A stretch of DNA of 63,740 bases, filler included, from Octopus bimaculoides (GCF_001194135.2; 11 parts of 11 records of this genome joined end to end with filler, not necessarily neighbours in it); one strand, 5' to 3'; positions 23,936-37,359 are shown, counted from the whole stretch's first letter. The notes: generated from the sequence alone by a model not told the origin. A program made the numbers and translations.

Positions 23936-24175
23936 ATGACTATCATCATCGTCCTCAATGTCATCGTTATCATCATCACCATCATCGTCGTCGTCGTCAT
24001 CACCACCACCACCACCATCATTATCATCATCATCATATCATCGTCGTCGTCGTCATTATCATTATCATCATCACCACCACCATCATCGTCATCATCATCT
24101 ACATCATCATCGCCATCAGCAGCAGCAGCACCACCACCACTCCCACTTGACCCCTCCCTCACCACCACCATCCGC
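23936..24175. repeat. Compound (ATC)/(GTC)/(ACC)/(AGC)n array in the presumed GPCR 3' UTR
   Basis: Direct inspection; starts about 60 nt after the stop codon. Confidence 0.9.
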
Positions 24176-24510
24176 CGTCTTAACTGATCCTGTCGTAAGC
24201 AATTATGGATTTGGTACCCCGTAAGCTGCCTCCGACGTTTGTCAACAGTTTCTTAGGGATCAGTGACCTCCAGATTAGTGGTGGGGGGGGTTCCTCGACT
24301 GACCCTACTTGGAGGCTCTCCTGTATCAGGAGGACTTCATCACAAATAATTCCACACATTTTATTTACCTTGTACCGTAGACTTTATTTTTATCTTATTT
24401 CCCCTCCCTCTCCCTCCCTCTCCCTTTGTCCTTTATGTAACCCCCCAAACACACACACATAAATCGTACACTAGCTTTGTGATATCTTTATTCGATTCCC
24501 CCCTATGGCA

Positions 24511-24560
24511 AATAAAAAAAAAGTCACTTTGTTGTTGTTGTTGTTATTGTTGTTGTTGTT
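24511..24560 (+). terminator. Candidate polyadenylation signal of the GPCR transcript
   Basis: AATAAA at 24511-24516 followed by a GT/T-rich tract (ctttgttgttgttg...), about 630 nt after the stop codon. Confidence 0.5.
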
Positions 24561-24579
24561 GGGGGGGGGCTAGTTGATG

Positions 24580-25108
24580 GTATGAGCGTTGACGGTCCAG
24601 AATTGAATCCAAGCATTGACGAGTACAGTCTGAGTAGTCTCTTCCGCAGGACCTTCGGGTCGAAGATCTTGGACACGATGCCAATTCAGTGCTGCAAGGG
24701 ATCATTGCCTGTTCGAGACAAGCTCTTCGGGTATGGAAGCGCTAACAGCCGAACCTGTCCGAGATGCTCGCAGTGAGGACGAAACCGTCCTGCACGCAAT
24801 AATTCAGTGTCCGTGCATCAGAGAGTTGTGGGATGATTGCATGGAACAGCTGGCTGTTGTCGCGTGTAAGAAGAATTCAGTCGTCTGCCGAGTGTTTTGT
24901 GAAGATCGACTTTACATCTCATCCTTTCGGTGTCGACAACACTTTTTTTCTGGAAATTAGGGGTAGCTTATCCTTGTTCAGGCTATATTGTTAGCATTAT
25001 CCTGCGTTTGAGAATTTAAAAATCACTTCTTTAACTTTCTAAGACATCTCAACGCTTCTAAGAGCAAACTTGGTTTGTTTGTTTACGTTTATCGTAATTT
25101 GAATTTAA

Positions 25109-25186
<78 letters not shown>
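24580..25186 (+). mobile_element. Tx1/L1-type LINE 3' fragment with C-terminal CCHC finger and (TAA)n tail
   Basis: GSLPVRDKL...TCPRC...ETVLHAIIQCPCIRELWD (zf-RVT-like), followed by a 3' UTR and (TAA)n at 25111-25186. Confidence 0.8.
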
Positions 25187-25187
<1 letters not shown>

Positions 25188-25543
25188 CTTCTACCTTTAA
25201 TACTACACTTGTAACAGTAACAACTACACTAACCACATCAACTACAACCACAACAATAGTGATGACAATAACACGTGTGTTTCTTGCGGGTGCAGAAGGG
25301 GTGGCAGTTGTTCTAGGTTTGTTTGTTTAATCAGTAAGAGAGATAAACCACAGCTACGTCTCACACCACCGCCGCCAGGTGGCGCCCTTCATCATCTATC
25401 CCGATGTTACAAGAAAATATCTGATTCATTCAACACGAACAACTTCAAGATGATTCACACCTTGATTGGTTTGCTTTTATTCTTGTTTAATTTTATGTTA
25501 TTTTTTTTTAATGTTTTATATTTTTTGCTTCAAATTATACGTG

Positions 25544-25594
<51 letters not shown>

Positions 25595-25699
25595 NNNNNN
25601 NNNNNNNNNNNNNNNNNNNNNNNNNNNNNNNNNNNNNNTTAATTAATTAANNNNNNNNNNNNNNNNNNNNNNNNNNNNNNNNNNNNNNNNNNNNATATT

Positions 25700-25996
25700 T
25701 ATTATAGCCTCAGGCTCACCAAACCCTTGTGAGTGGATTTTGTACACAGAAACTGAAACAAGACTGTTATATATATGTATATATTTGTGTGTGTCTCTGT
25801 GTCCCCATGATTGTACCCTCACCATTGCTTGGCAACTGATGTTGCTGTGATTCCTTCCCCATAATTTAGTGGTTCAGCAAAAGGCACTGATAGAATAAGT
25901 TCTAGGCTTGCAAAAAATAAATCCTGAGGTTGACTCATTCGATTAAAGCCAGTGCTCCATCATGGCCGCAGTCACATAACTGAAACAAGTAAAACA
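25700..25996 (+). mobile_element. SINE B copy; its head is lost in the gap
   Basis: tatagcctcagg...ttgtgagtggatttt...catggccgcagtc...tgaaacaagtaaaa. Confidence 0.75.
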
Positions 25997-26060
25997 ATAA
26001 AAAACCATGCCATTTTAATCCCAACCAACGCCAGCTATCTCTGCTAGTGTGTGTATGTAT

Positions 26061-28336
26061 ATCATCATCATCATCGTATAACGTCCGCTTTCCATGCTAG
26101 CATGGGTTGGACGATTTGACTGAGGACTGGCGAACCAGATGGCTACACCAGGCTTCAATCTGATTTGGCAGAGTTTCTACAGCTGGATGCCCTTCCTAAC
26201 GCCAACCACTCCGAGAGTGTAGTGGGTGCTTTTACATGCCACCGGCACAAAGGCCAGTCAGGCGGTACTGGCAATGGCCACGCTCAAAATGGTGTATTTT
26301 ATGTGCCACCTGCAGAGGAGCCAGTCCAGCAGCACTGGCAATGATCTCGCTCGAATGTCTTTACACGTGCCAGGAAGGCGACGCTGGCACAGGTGCCATA
26401 ACGATTTCGCTTTTGCTTGTCCCAACAGGTCTTCGCAAGCGGAGTTCAGTGTCCAATGAAGGAAGGTACGCATAAGTGGGCTGGCTACACCCCTGGCAGA
26501 GGCCTTGGATTTAGGTCTCACTTGTTCNNNNNNNNNNNNNNNNNNNNNNNNNNNNNNNNNNNNNNNNNNNNNNNNNNNNNNNNNNNNNNNNNNNNNNNNN
26601 NNNNNNNNNNNNNNNNNNNNNNNNNNNNNNNNNNNNNNNNNNNNNNNNNNNNNNNNNNNNNNNNNNNNNNNNNNNNNNNNNNNNNNNNNNNNNNNNNNNN
26701 NNNNNNNNNNNNNNNNNNNNNNNNNNNNNNNNNNNNNNNNNNNNNNNNNNNNNNNNNNNNNNNNNNNNNNNNNNNNNNNNNNNNNNNNNNNNNNNNNNNN
26801 NNNNNNNNNNNNNNNNNNNNNNNNNNNNNNNNNNNNNNNNNNNNNNNNNNNNNNNNNNNNNNNNNNNNNNNNNNNNNNNNNNNNNNNNNNNNNNNNNNNN
26901 NNNNNNNNNNNNNNNNNNNNNNNNNNNNNNNNNNNNNNNNNNNNNNNNNNNNNNNNNNNNNNNNNNNNNNNNNNNNNNNNNNNNNNNNNNNNNNNNNNNN
27001 NNNNNNNNNNNNNNNNNNNNNNNNNNNNNNNNNNNNNNNNNNNNNNNNNNNNNNNNNNNNNNNNNNNNNNNNNNNNNNNNNNNNNNNNNNNNNNNNNNNN
27101 NNNNNNNNNNNNNNNNNNNNNNNNNNNNNNNNNNNNNNNNNNNNNNNNNNNNNNNNNNNNNNNNNNNNNNNNNNNNNNNNNNNNNNNNNNNNNNNNNNNN
27201 NNNNNNNNNNNNNNNNNNNNNNNNNNNNNNNNNNNNNNNNNNNNNNNNNNNNNNNNNNNNNNNNNNNNNNNNNNNNNNNNNNNNNNNNNNNGAGTTTCGT
27301 GTCCAATGAAGGAGATGATGTTAGCAAGGGTGCTAGTCGTCAAATTTAGTTTGATTTTGATTTCACTTGCCTCAACAGGTCTTCGCAAGCGGAGTTCAGT
27401 GTCCAATGAAGGAAGGTACGCATAAGTGGGCTGGCTACACCCCTGGCAGAGGCCTTGGATTTAGGTCTCACTTGTTCTGCCTGGTCTTCTCACGCACAAC
27501 ATATTTCCAAAGGTTTTGGTCACAAGTCATCGCCTCAGTGAGGCCCAATGTTCGGAGGTCGTGCCTCCCCATCTCAGCCCAGGTCTTCCTGGGCCTACCT
27601 CTTCCACAGATTTCCTCAACCGCTAGGCTGTGGCACTTTTTCACACAGCTATCCTCATCCATTCTCGCCACATGACTGTACCAGCGCAATCGTCTCTCTT
27701 GCACACTACAACTGATGCTTCTTAGGTTCAACTTTTCTCTCAAAGTACTTACACTCTGTCTAGTATGCACACTAACATTACACATCCATCGGAGCATACT
27801 GGCTTCATTCCTTGTGAGCCTACGCATGTCCTCAGCAGTCACGGCCCATGTTTCACTGCCATGAAGCATGNNNNNNNNNNNNNNNNNNNNNNNNNNNNNN
27901 NNNNNNNNNNNNNNNNNNNNNNNNNNNNNNNNNNNNNNNNNNNNNNNNNNNNNNNNNNNNNNNNNNNNNNNNNNNNNNNNNNNNNNNTGAGTGAGAGGCC
28001 CCTTGACACTAGCAGAGGTAAGAGCTCTCTGAACTTTGCCCAGGCTATTCTTATTCTAGCAGCTACACTTTCAGTGCACCCACCCCCACTACTAACTTGG
28101 TCACCTAGATAGCGGAAGCTATCAACTAAATCTAGTTTTTCTTCCTGGAATGTGGCCAAAGTTCTTTTCTGCACATTTTCAGTGTTTATTGCTCCTGAAC
28201 ATCTGCCACATACAAAAACTAACTTCCTAGTTAACCTTCCTTTGATATTGCTGCACCTCTTATGTGTCCATAGCTTGCACTGGGTACATCTTATAGAGTT
28301 TCTACCTATGCCTTTTCTACAGATCGAGCAGGGCCA
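26061..28336 (-). mobile_element. RTE-clade LINE of the same family as 10416-12742; 5' truncated, with complete 3' end and (GAT)n tail
   Basis: Minus-strand DSFRYLGDQVSSGGG, MLHGSETWAVTAEDMRR and GRGRPRKTW; 3' motif ttggcgttaggaagggcatccagctgtagaaac; (ATC)n at 26061-26075 on the + strand. Confidence 0.95.
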
Positions 28337-28394
28337 TATATGTAAGTATATATAAGTGTGTGTGTGTGTGTGTGTGTTTACATTCTGTCACATA

Positions 28395-28475
28395 TGTTTT
28401 TCCATGCTAGCATGGGTTAGAAGAATATATTATTGAGGTAAGTTTTACGACTGGATGTCCTTCCTGTCACTAAAC
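28395..28475 (-). mobile_element. Degenerate RTE 3' end fragment
   Basis: Shares ttccatgctagcatgggtt and ctggatg(c/t)ccttcct with about 26090-26200. Confidence 0.6.
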
Positions 28476-28599
28476 CATACCTGCTTTTATTCCACAAGTC
28501 TTTCAAGAATGATTTCTTAAGGGAAATTACATCACCACTTGAAGTTCAACAATTTTCAGAGAAGTGCTTAAGTAAACCAACAAACACACACATATATAA

Positions 28600-28755
28600 A
28601 GAGCTTGTTTTCAGTTCCCATCAAGCAAATCCATTCACAAAGCTTCGGTTAACCCAGGGCTATAGTAGAAGATACTTGCCCAGGATGTTGCACAGCAAAG
28701 CTGAACCCAAAGTCACATGGTTGAGAAGTGATCCTTTTAGCCACACCTGTGCCTA
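28600..28755 (-). mobile_element. Degenerate SINE B 5' half
   Basis: caaatccattcacaaagc...ggctatagtagaagatacttgccc. Confidence 0.7.
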
Positions 28756-29319
28756 TGTAAATGAACACACACTTGTAAGACTCCAACATAGTCTGATTTT
28801 CTTATTGTATTTTTACAATTTAACAAATACTTTCATATTTTATAACTAGCTTCAGGTACATGTTTTTATAATGGCAGTAATAAACAGCTAATGTGTTTAA
28901 CAATTGTCAACCATAGCGAAATGTCTGAATTTTTCTTTTAAATACCTTCTGATAAGCTCTAGTAGACTAAAACTAATAAAAGCTATTTTAGCCAATAAGC
29001 TTAGAGATCACAGCTTAGGTAATATACAAACATAGTTGACTTCAGTAATGTTTATTCATGGAAACATTTAAGCCAACTAGAGTCACTGATAGAAGATTCA
29101 TCTATAATCAGATGTTGAGAAATATCTAATACTACAAACAGTAGTGAAATCCTACCTTAAATATTTTTGAATGAAATTTAATTCAAATCAAAATTACTGT
29201 CAATATTACTACAGCATTTGAATAAAATGAAATCAATATTAATATTATTATTCAAATTATTGCTCATTCAGAACAAATTTAAACTTATATTAATCTATAC
29301 ACAATTTTACAAACCCCAA

Positions 29320-30382
29320 CCATGCATTCATCTTCTCTGCCCACTATTCTAAGAAGGGTTGTGGGTAGTCAAGTCTTCACACACCTCCTCCATAGAATCC
29401 TATCGAGTGCAACCATTAAACTTTCTGGTAGGATTCCTACCACAACCAACTGAAACTATGGATATTATCCAGCCAGTTTGTTCTTTGTCTACTTTGTCTC
29501 CTACCAATTGGCTCAGCTTGAAGAATCCATCTTGTGATTCTTTCCTTCAACATTCTAATCTCATGCCCATAGTAACAAAGCTGTGATCTCTCAATTTGGA
29601 GAAGTACTGGCTCAACCTGAAGAGACTCCCTAATCTCCAAGTTACACAACCATTTGAGTAACATTACTCCCAAGATCCTTTGGAAGAATCCCATTTCAGC
29701 CATTTGTTTTCATGATCTCGTTCTTTCAGTTATTACTTAACATTCATGATAATATGGAAAGGATAGGCATGAAAACCAAATTGCAGATTTTGAGGATCAA
29801 ATGCTGGACCTGGCAGATTACTGTGCTAGTACCTGCAATTCTAGCATCCAAATCAGCCTCCTGCTTTCCATCACTCATGAATATAACCTAGAGATACTTA
29901 ACTTTTCCACGTATCTCACTGATGTTCCACTAACATGCAGATTGCACTGGGAAGACTTTCTTGAGAGAGCCAATGTTTCAGTCTTCACAACACTAATTCT
30001 CATCCCTACTTTGCAGCATCCAGCAGCAAACCCATTCAGTGCATACTGGAGATCACCTTCAGATGCCAAGTAGCACCATGCTGTCAGCAAATATCAGCTG
30101 ACTGATTCTACACCCACCAATTATGATACCACTTCCACACCAGCTGCGCATGTCAATCCAGTTCATAAAAATTATGTAAAGGAAAGGTGACAATACACAC
30201 CCGTGTTAGTCCAAGACCCATACTGAACGGTTTCAACTTAACGCCATTTACCCAGACAAAGACATTAGGGCATTCTTCATATAGGGACTTCATGGCAATC
30301 AGAAGTTACCCATTAATCCCAAACTCCTTCAAAATTCTCCACAACATGTCATGCAATATGCAGTCAAATGCCTTTTCAAGGT
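29320..30382 (-). mobile_element. Old RTE-clade LINE (Rex3/Expander-like) RT and C-terminal fragment
   Basis: Minus-strand DLEKAFD, GMRISVVKTE, a PILTYG-like segment, AEMGFFQRILG and QLCYYGHEIRM; cut at 30383 by a SINE B insertion. Confidence 0.8.
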
Positions 30383-30592
30383 CTCTTTTTACTCTTTTAC
30401 TTGTTTCAGTCTTTTGACTGTGGCCATGCTGGAGCACCGCCTTTAGTCGAGCAAATCGACCCCAGGACTTATTCTTTGGAAGCCTAGTACTTATTCTATT
30501 GGTCTCTTTTGCCGAACCGCTAAGTTACGGGGACATAAACACACCAGCATCGGTTGTCAAGCGATGTTGGGGGGACAAACACAGACATACAA

Positions 30593-30639
<47 letters not shown>

Positions 30640-30806
30640 TACGACAGGCTTCTTTCAGTTTCCATCTACCAAATCCACTCACAAGGCTTTGGTCGGCCCG
30701 AGGCTATAGTAGAAGACACTTGCCCAAGATGCCACGCAGTGAGACTGAACCCGGGACCATGTGGTTGGTAAGCAAACTACTTACCACACAGCCACTCCTA
30801 CGCCTA
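30383..30806 (-). mobile_element. Complete SINE family B copy: tRNA head, CORE-like accttgggcaagtg segment, internal microsatellite, (GTAAAAGA)n tail
   Basis: Minus strand begins taggcgtaggagtggctgtgtggtaagtag, has B-box ggttcagtctc and ends acaagtaaaagagtaaaaagag. Confidence 0.9.
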
Positions 30807-31006
30807 TATAGGAAAAATTAGCTCCAAGAGGCCACCGCTTCTAGCTAGCTTTGTGACACACAAAGCCTGTGTCCTTTATAACCTTCGAACAGGGGAGATC
30901 AGCAGCTTCCCCTTGCTGGTTTGGCATCCAGGGTATTGCCCCTTGTCAATGCAGAGCAGCTGAGCCCCAGCAGTGTATTTCTCTTGGCAATATTCTCAGT
31001 GTTTTA

Positions 31007-31225
31007 AGGCAGCGAGCTAGCAGAAACATAAGCACGCCAGGTGAAACGCTTAGTGGCATTTCATCCATCTTTACGTTCTGAGTTCAAACTCCACCGAGGT
31101 CAACTTGGCCTTTCATCTTTTTGGGGTCGACAAATTAAGTACCAGTTGCATACTGGGGTCGATCTAATCAACTAGTCCCTATGCCAAAATTTTGGGCCTT
31201 GTGCCTAGAGTAGAAAAGAATATTC
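31007..31225 (+). mobile_element. Full-length SINE A copy
   Basis: A-box-like gctagcagaaacataag, B-box gagttcaaactcc, conserved body and 3' ggccttgtgcctagagtagaaa. Confidence 0.85.
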
Positions 31226-33617
31226 TCATAATNNNNNNNNNNNNNNNNNNNNNNNNNNNNNNNNNNNNNNNNNNNNTTAATTAATTAANNNNNNNNNNNN
31301 NNNNNNNNNNNNNNNNNNNNNNNNNNNNNNNNTATATATATATATATGCATAATGACTGATGTTAACAGTTGTACGTCAAATTCACGATAATAAAGAAAT
31401 ATGTAACGTACATTATGTTTACCTTGTCTTGTACATCACTCGCTGTAAAAATTAATAAAACAGTGTAAAGGGAACACAATCATGGATTTACAAAGTGGCG
31501 GTAAACTAATACCTCGAACCCTACCAGAAGAGTTTTGAAAAGTTTTTACTAGTCTAAACTATATTATTAATCTGGTTTCCAACAGAAACCTTATTGTGCA
31601 TTTTCTCATATTAATGACCCCTTAGTAATAGCTATATATATATATTTATATTTACAGTGTACTCGAACTCACATCATTGTGAAGCGAATTTCTTAACTGT
31701 ACAAATATCCTTCCATATTATGACTATAATTTGATATAATACACTTTAAGTGATTTACTGCTCATAGTTATTAACAAAGTTCCAATAATACTAGAACAAT
31801 TGCAATGATTAAACTTTGCCTTTTAAAAATTTGCAATAATCTCTATCAGCGCATTCATATATATTCCCACTTTATTTGTTCTTACAATATTGAAATTTTC
31901 GCTGCACAAATTGTTAATTCATATTAGACTCCGATAATATATATTAATATAGTGTTTTATATGTGTGAATCTAAATGTCGATATTACAACTTTCCTTGAA
32001 GTGATATCGCTCTACTTCATCTTATACAAATGATATGACATGTAACATAATATCATTACTATGGATTATTAACACGTTAAGGAGTACTGGCAATCACCGC
32101 ACTCTAACTGATACCAATTCCCTTTATGAAATCATCAATCGACAATATGACTCCGTAGAAAGAAACTCAGATAGGATCAATTCATATATTCTATGTAGTG
32201 TATGGCATGTGAAATGATCAGTTCTCTACTTCTAAATACACAATTGTGTGTAGATTCAAAGGAGGCGTTAATCGAAGTATTGTATTCGTGGTTTTCTTTT
32301 TAACGCAGATTTGATATTTCAATTGAAATTTGAGATTAACCCTATTTCTGGCAACACATTATGGCATTCCGTCGAACATAATATGGTAGCATATGCAGCT
32401 TTCTGTGAAGAAATCAGATTTAACTTCGAACATTTCTGTGAAATACTTCATTATGTATGATATTTTGTAAATATTTTCTTTGGGAACGTAATTCAAGTAT
32501 AGATCAAATTAGTCTTTAGGATATCCTGTTTATAAAACTATAAAATATTTTATATGTGTCGCAGAATTAAACAATATTTGTGTTTAAATACTGAGAATAT
32601 ATGAGCGGCATATGTAACATCCGCAACGTATACAGGAAAAAATGAAATGGAGAAAATGCTGAGAAAGTAAATGCATGGATATCACCCGCAGCAGCACAGC
32701 TGTTTATTCTATGCAGCATTTGCACTTATAGACTCACGAATCAAAGAATAAGCTTGTGCATTATACTGCAGATGACTATAGTTGTAATTCAAACGTGGGT
32801 TCCATTAAGTCTTGTATTTTCCCTATAAAAAAATGAACACAAAAAATTTCGATACTGTATTTTGTAGAAAATATCAAAAGGTTACCGGGATAGAAATACA
32901 ACTCCGAACCTTTCTATATTTTAGCCTTTGTCTGCGTCACTATAACGTTTGCCATTGTTTTTTGGCATAATAAAAATTAGCACATTGTGAGTTCTCGTAT
33001 AAAAGCATTAATGGTGTTTCGAGGAATACGATTAATTATTCTTGATGTGATGACCGTATTTTAAAGAAATAAAATAGTGGATTTGATTATTTCTATTATT
33101 ATCAGCCAACAATCTCGTATATCAAACCAGATGCTTTATCAAGGAAGCACAGGTCAGATATTTAACTTTTACATGTTCTAAAAAAGATGACATTATAACG
33201 GCTTTTAGTTGTAGGCTTGGTGATAAAATTTGACACGATGCTAAAGAAAACTCTCTGTGCAGAGGATAAAATATAAAATCCCAAACTGCTATATCGAACG
33301 CCATTTATTAGATGACTGCATGATATATTTGTGCGATTACTGATGTACTTAACTATGCATATTCACCTAATACATGCAATAATACATTTCTGCTATTAAT
33401 TGCCCCAAGGTTTTCCTGCATTGCATAAGTTACTGTTTCAAGGCTTATTGAAAAATCATATGAACAAAAATGTAACGGTAACACAAATAGTATAGAGAGA
33501 CATGTAACACCATGTTTAATAACTATTACCATATTTGGCAATGCTAATAACAAAGACTCAAATAGTTGCATACAAAGATCAGTATGAACATGTTACATAC
33601 CTTCGTAACATACATTT

Positions 33618-33830
33618 CAGAGTGCCGAAATGTTCCTGTCTTTTAGGGTATCAAGAAAGGCCTGGTTTGGAGGCCCAAACTTCCAAGTTTTTTCACAAAG
33701 CGTAGACAAGCTGAAAAACCGCTGCCATAAATGTATGAATCTGAGAGGGGAATGTGCTGAATAACATGATAATCAACTGATCCTCCTGTACTTTCTTTTC
33801 CTCAATGGTCAGGAACATTTCAGTTCCCCA
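33618..33830. mobile_element. Mariner-derived non-autonomous element (MITE)
   Basis: Perfect 12-bp inverted repeat gaaatgttcctg (33627-33638) and caggaacatttc (33810-33821); interior resembles a mariner transposase 3' end; homologous to 61187-61404. Confidence 0.7.
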
Positions 33831-34737
33831 AAACTTTCTCTAACCGGGTAAAATTTTGGAAAGTATAAGTTACTGAACTTTTTATTACAGGGGTACTGTA
33901 TTATTGTTTATATGACTATAATGGACTATGTTATGTACTTGAGAGGAAAAAGTGTTCACGTATAATTGTTGAAGTAGCACCCTCAGGGTCATTGGTCTAT
34001 CCAAACAAAATAGATCAGAGCTAACAAGACCGATAAAGCAGACAACGGGCGAGACTTCATAAAAAACATTAAAAAATATTAACGTCGATAAAAGCCATAT
34101 TGCCGCAAAACAATAGAAACAAAAGAAAGACTATAAAGGTTATATCAATATAACATCAACAGGTGGAATTAAAAATGTCTCCGTTGTTGTTGCAAAAGAT
34201 GTCTATAACTCACTGATATAAGTTGTTTAATCTGGTGAGAATAATCGTGAGATAATCAACTAGAGACATTGGCACCGTTAAATAACCGAGTTGTCATGGA
34301 CATAACTAATTAAAGGTACAATTAGGTGATACAATATTTTGGACACTATATTGCGCGTATGTCTCTCTCTTTGTCTCTCTTTGCCCACTTTTTCCCCCAC
34401 TTTCTCAAAGACACACATTGTAATATATTCAACTACTTCTTAAGTTATAGTAATGCTATTATTACTATTATTGTCACTATTATTATTATTATTATTATTG
34501 CTCTTGTTGTTGTTGTTACCGCGACTACCACTACTACTGCTGCTGCTGCTGTTGTTGTTATTATTATTACTACTATTGTTTTTTCTTATTATTAATTATA
34601 TATTTGTTTGCCTTTGTTTCACATCTGTATTATTAATGTGTTCAATATTTATTGTAACACCCAAGGAAAATACAAATGAAATAGACAAAACATAACCTAT
34701 TCTTTAACAATTCAGCCATTTTGATAAAGTGCCAGTT

Positions 34738-34775
<38 letters not shown>

Positions 34776-35055
34776 CGGTTCTGTCCTTTGCTATTCCTAC
34801 CTTTGTCTCTTCGTCTCTATTCGTTCGTTTTTTATCCCATTGTTGCTCACATTTTCACCCGTTCAATAACTCACATTTACATATGTATAAACATACCTCC
34901 ACTATTTTCCTTTTATCATTTCATTTATTCTTTCGTTCTAAAAGAATTAACATTATTATTGCTTTTCATAAGCTTCAGAATATTTATAACTATATTTGGA
35001 AAGCATGAAATTATGCCAAGAGATCTATCTCTCTATCTCTGAATCTATGTATCTG

Positions 35056-35098
<43 letters not shown>

Positions 35099-35108
35099 NN
35101 NNNNNNNN

Positions 35109-35158
<50 letters not shown>

Positions 35159-35353
35159 GTATGCATATATATATATACATACATATTTACTTATATATCT
35201 ATTTGCCTGTCTGTCTATACACTCACACACATATATACATATATGTAAATATGTATACATAAAGCCATACCATCTTCATATTTATGTGTATTCCTTCCAA
35301 TCTATCATATTTTTTTCTAGTTTTCCACTCACGTACATATTCACACACTCAGA

Positions 35354-35400
<47 letters not shown>

Positions 35401-36432
35401 GTGTGTAGGTAGGTATGCATATATGTGTGTATACATGCATAAATACATGTGCGTAGATGCATTTGTATATACATATATATGTGAATGTATGTGTGTAATT
35501 GTTTATATTCCTGCGTATGTGTGATAAGAATATTCGTTTCTTTCAGAGTTGAATCATTGCATAAACATTACTTGCAAAAATCGTAATGTCAGATAATTTC
35601 ATCTATCTTTGGAAGTATTCCAAAATTCTTTAAAAAAAACGTCTTACGAACTTGATTTTCCTGCCGAAGTAAACGGAGAAAATTCTTGAACTTGGCGTCT
35701 CTATACTGCATCAGTGATGATGGTGATGGTGATGATGATGATGGTGATGATAATGATGATGATAAGGAGGATGAGGAGCAGGAGGAGCAGGACGACGATG
35801 TGCAAGACGTGCAAGATGATGATGAAGTTCATGATTATTATGGTGATGAGGAAGAGGATAACATGGAGTAAGACAAGGCCGGTGGTTAAGACGATGACGT
35901 TCTGTTAGCATTCATGATTGCGTTGCTGTAAGTTACGGTGCAGGGTAAGGGAGAAAATGAAACAAAATAAATAATTCAAGGCAGAGGAAATTAAAGAAAG
36001 TTAAGTGAATACATCATTTTGTTCATCCAATGGTATTGTGCAGTTCCTAGCATGTCAACTCACCGCAATATATGAGGAGGTCCTTAATCTACTTAAAGTA
36101 TCACATTTATTTATGGATATTAGTATCGGTTTGCAACAGAATGATATGCTAGTAAAATAAATAAATTCTGTCTGAGAAGAACGTTAAGAGATCAGTTGAA
36201 GTATTTGAATACTTTTTTATATATTCGCACATATATTAATGCTATGCTGTATACACTTATATATATATACTTATGCGTACATATATATGTGCTCATGAGT
36301 GTGTTATGTATGTGCGTGCATGTTTTTTTATCTCTCTCTCCGTGGTGTGTGTGGGAACCAGTATACATGTTTGTATACATGTCTTCGTTGATGTTGAACA
36401 CCCACACAAACAAACACACACCACACGTACAA

Positions 36433-36464
<32 letters not shown>

Positions 36465-37292
36465 GCACACAAACACGCTTATGTAAATTCATAGAGAGGC
36501 ATATGCATAGAAAAGTAGATATATTGTAGGGAATGCCTTTAATTAACTACGTCAATTCCTTTTGGACATAGAAATAGAGCAGTCAATTATGAACTGAATA
36601 TTTTATAAGCAACGATACGATCTCCCGGAATAGCTACGACTGGTACGATTTTGTGTTTTTCGCTGCATGCAATTCATGATTAAGATGTTCGGGTATGCAG
36701 GACGTATTATTTTCTTCGTATGAGTAGAAATTGTTGTAACCATTGAACGACCATGATAATTATGATGATTATGATGGCGACAATGATCACACATTGGAGG
36801 TTTTAGTAGTCATTCGGAGTCAGCTAAGATAAGTATAGTGTATCGAGTATATGGTCTAAGTTTGGAGGGCAAGTTGGAAAAGAAGTGTTGTTGGCGTTGT
36901 TCGGGATTACGGTTTGTCATTTATTTCAATCCACTGTTAAAATTACGTATGTAGGGTGAAGTCTATAAGCGGGTGGATTATCCAGGAAATATGTGTGCGA
37001 GACATAGATGAGAATTGTATTCATCTTGATGTCAATCAACTTTATTTCCAACAAAATTCTTCTAAGGCAGGATCTTACGTTTCAATGACGAAAGGATTCT
37101 TGTTGCTCGGATTTAAAAAAAAAATCCGTACTGGTGGTAATTGTGGAGTGAGAGAGTTATTCAAAGTAATACGAATGTTGGCATCACTTTCTTCTGGTAT
37201 TGTGCGTAGAGTAGCACGGAATTTGCTAAATGGGGCAATTTTGCGGAATGCAACACACTGTAGCAATCCTCCATAGAAGAGTAGATATCATT

Positions 37293-37359
<67 letters not shown>

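Noticed and set aside
23852-24224. His-, Ser- and Ile-rich ORFs overlapping the GPCR stop codon
   Set aside because: Fully explained by the compound trinucleotide array in the 3' UTR.
36956-37276. 106-aa ORF in unique sequence
   Set aside because: Non-ATG start, no motifs and no splice signals; expected by chance.
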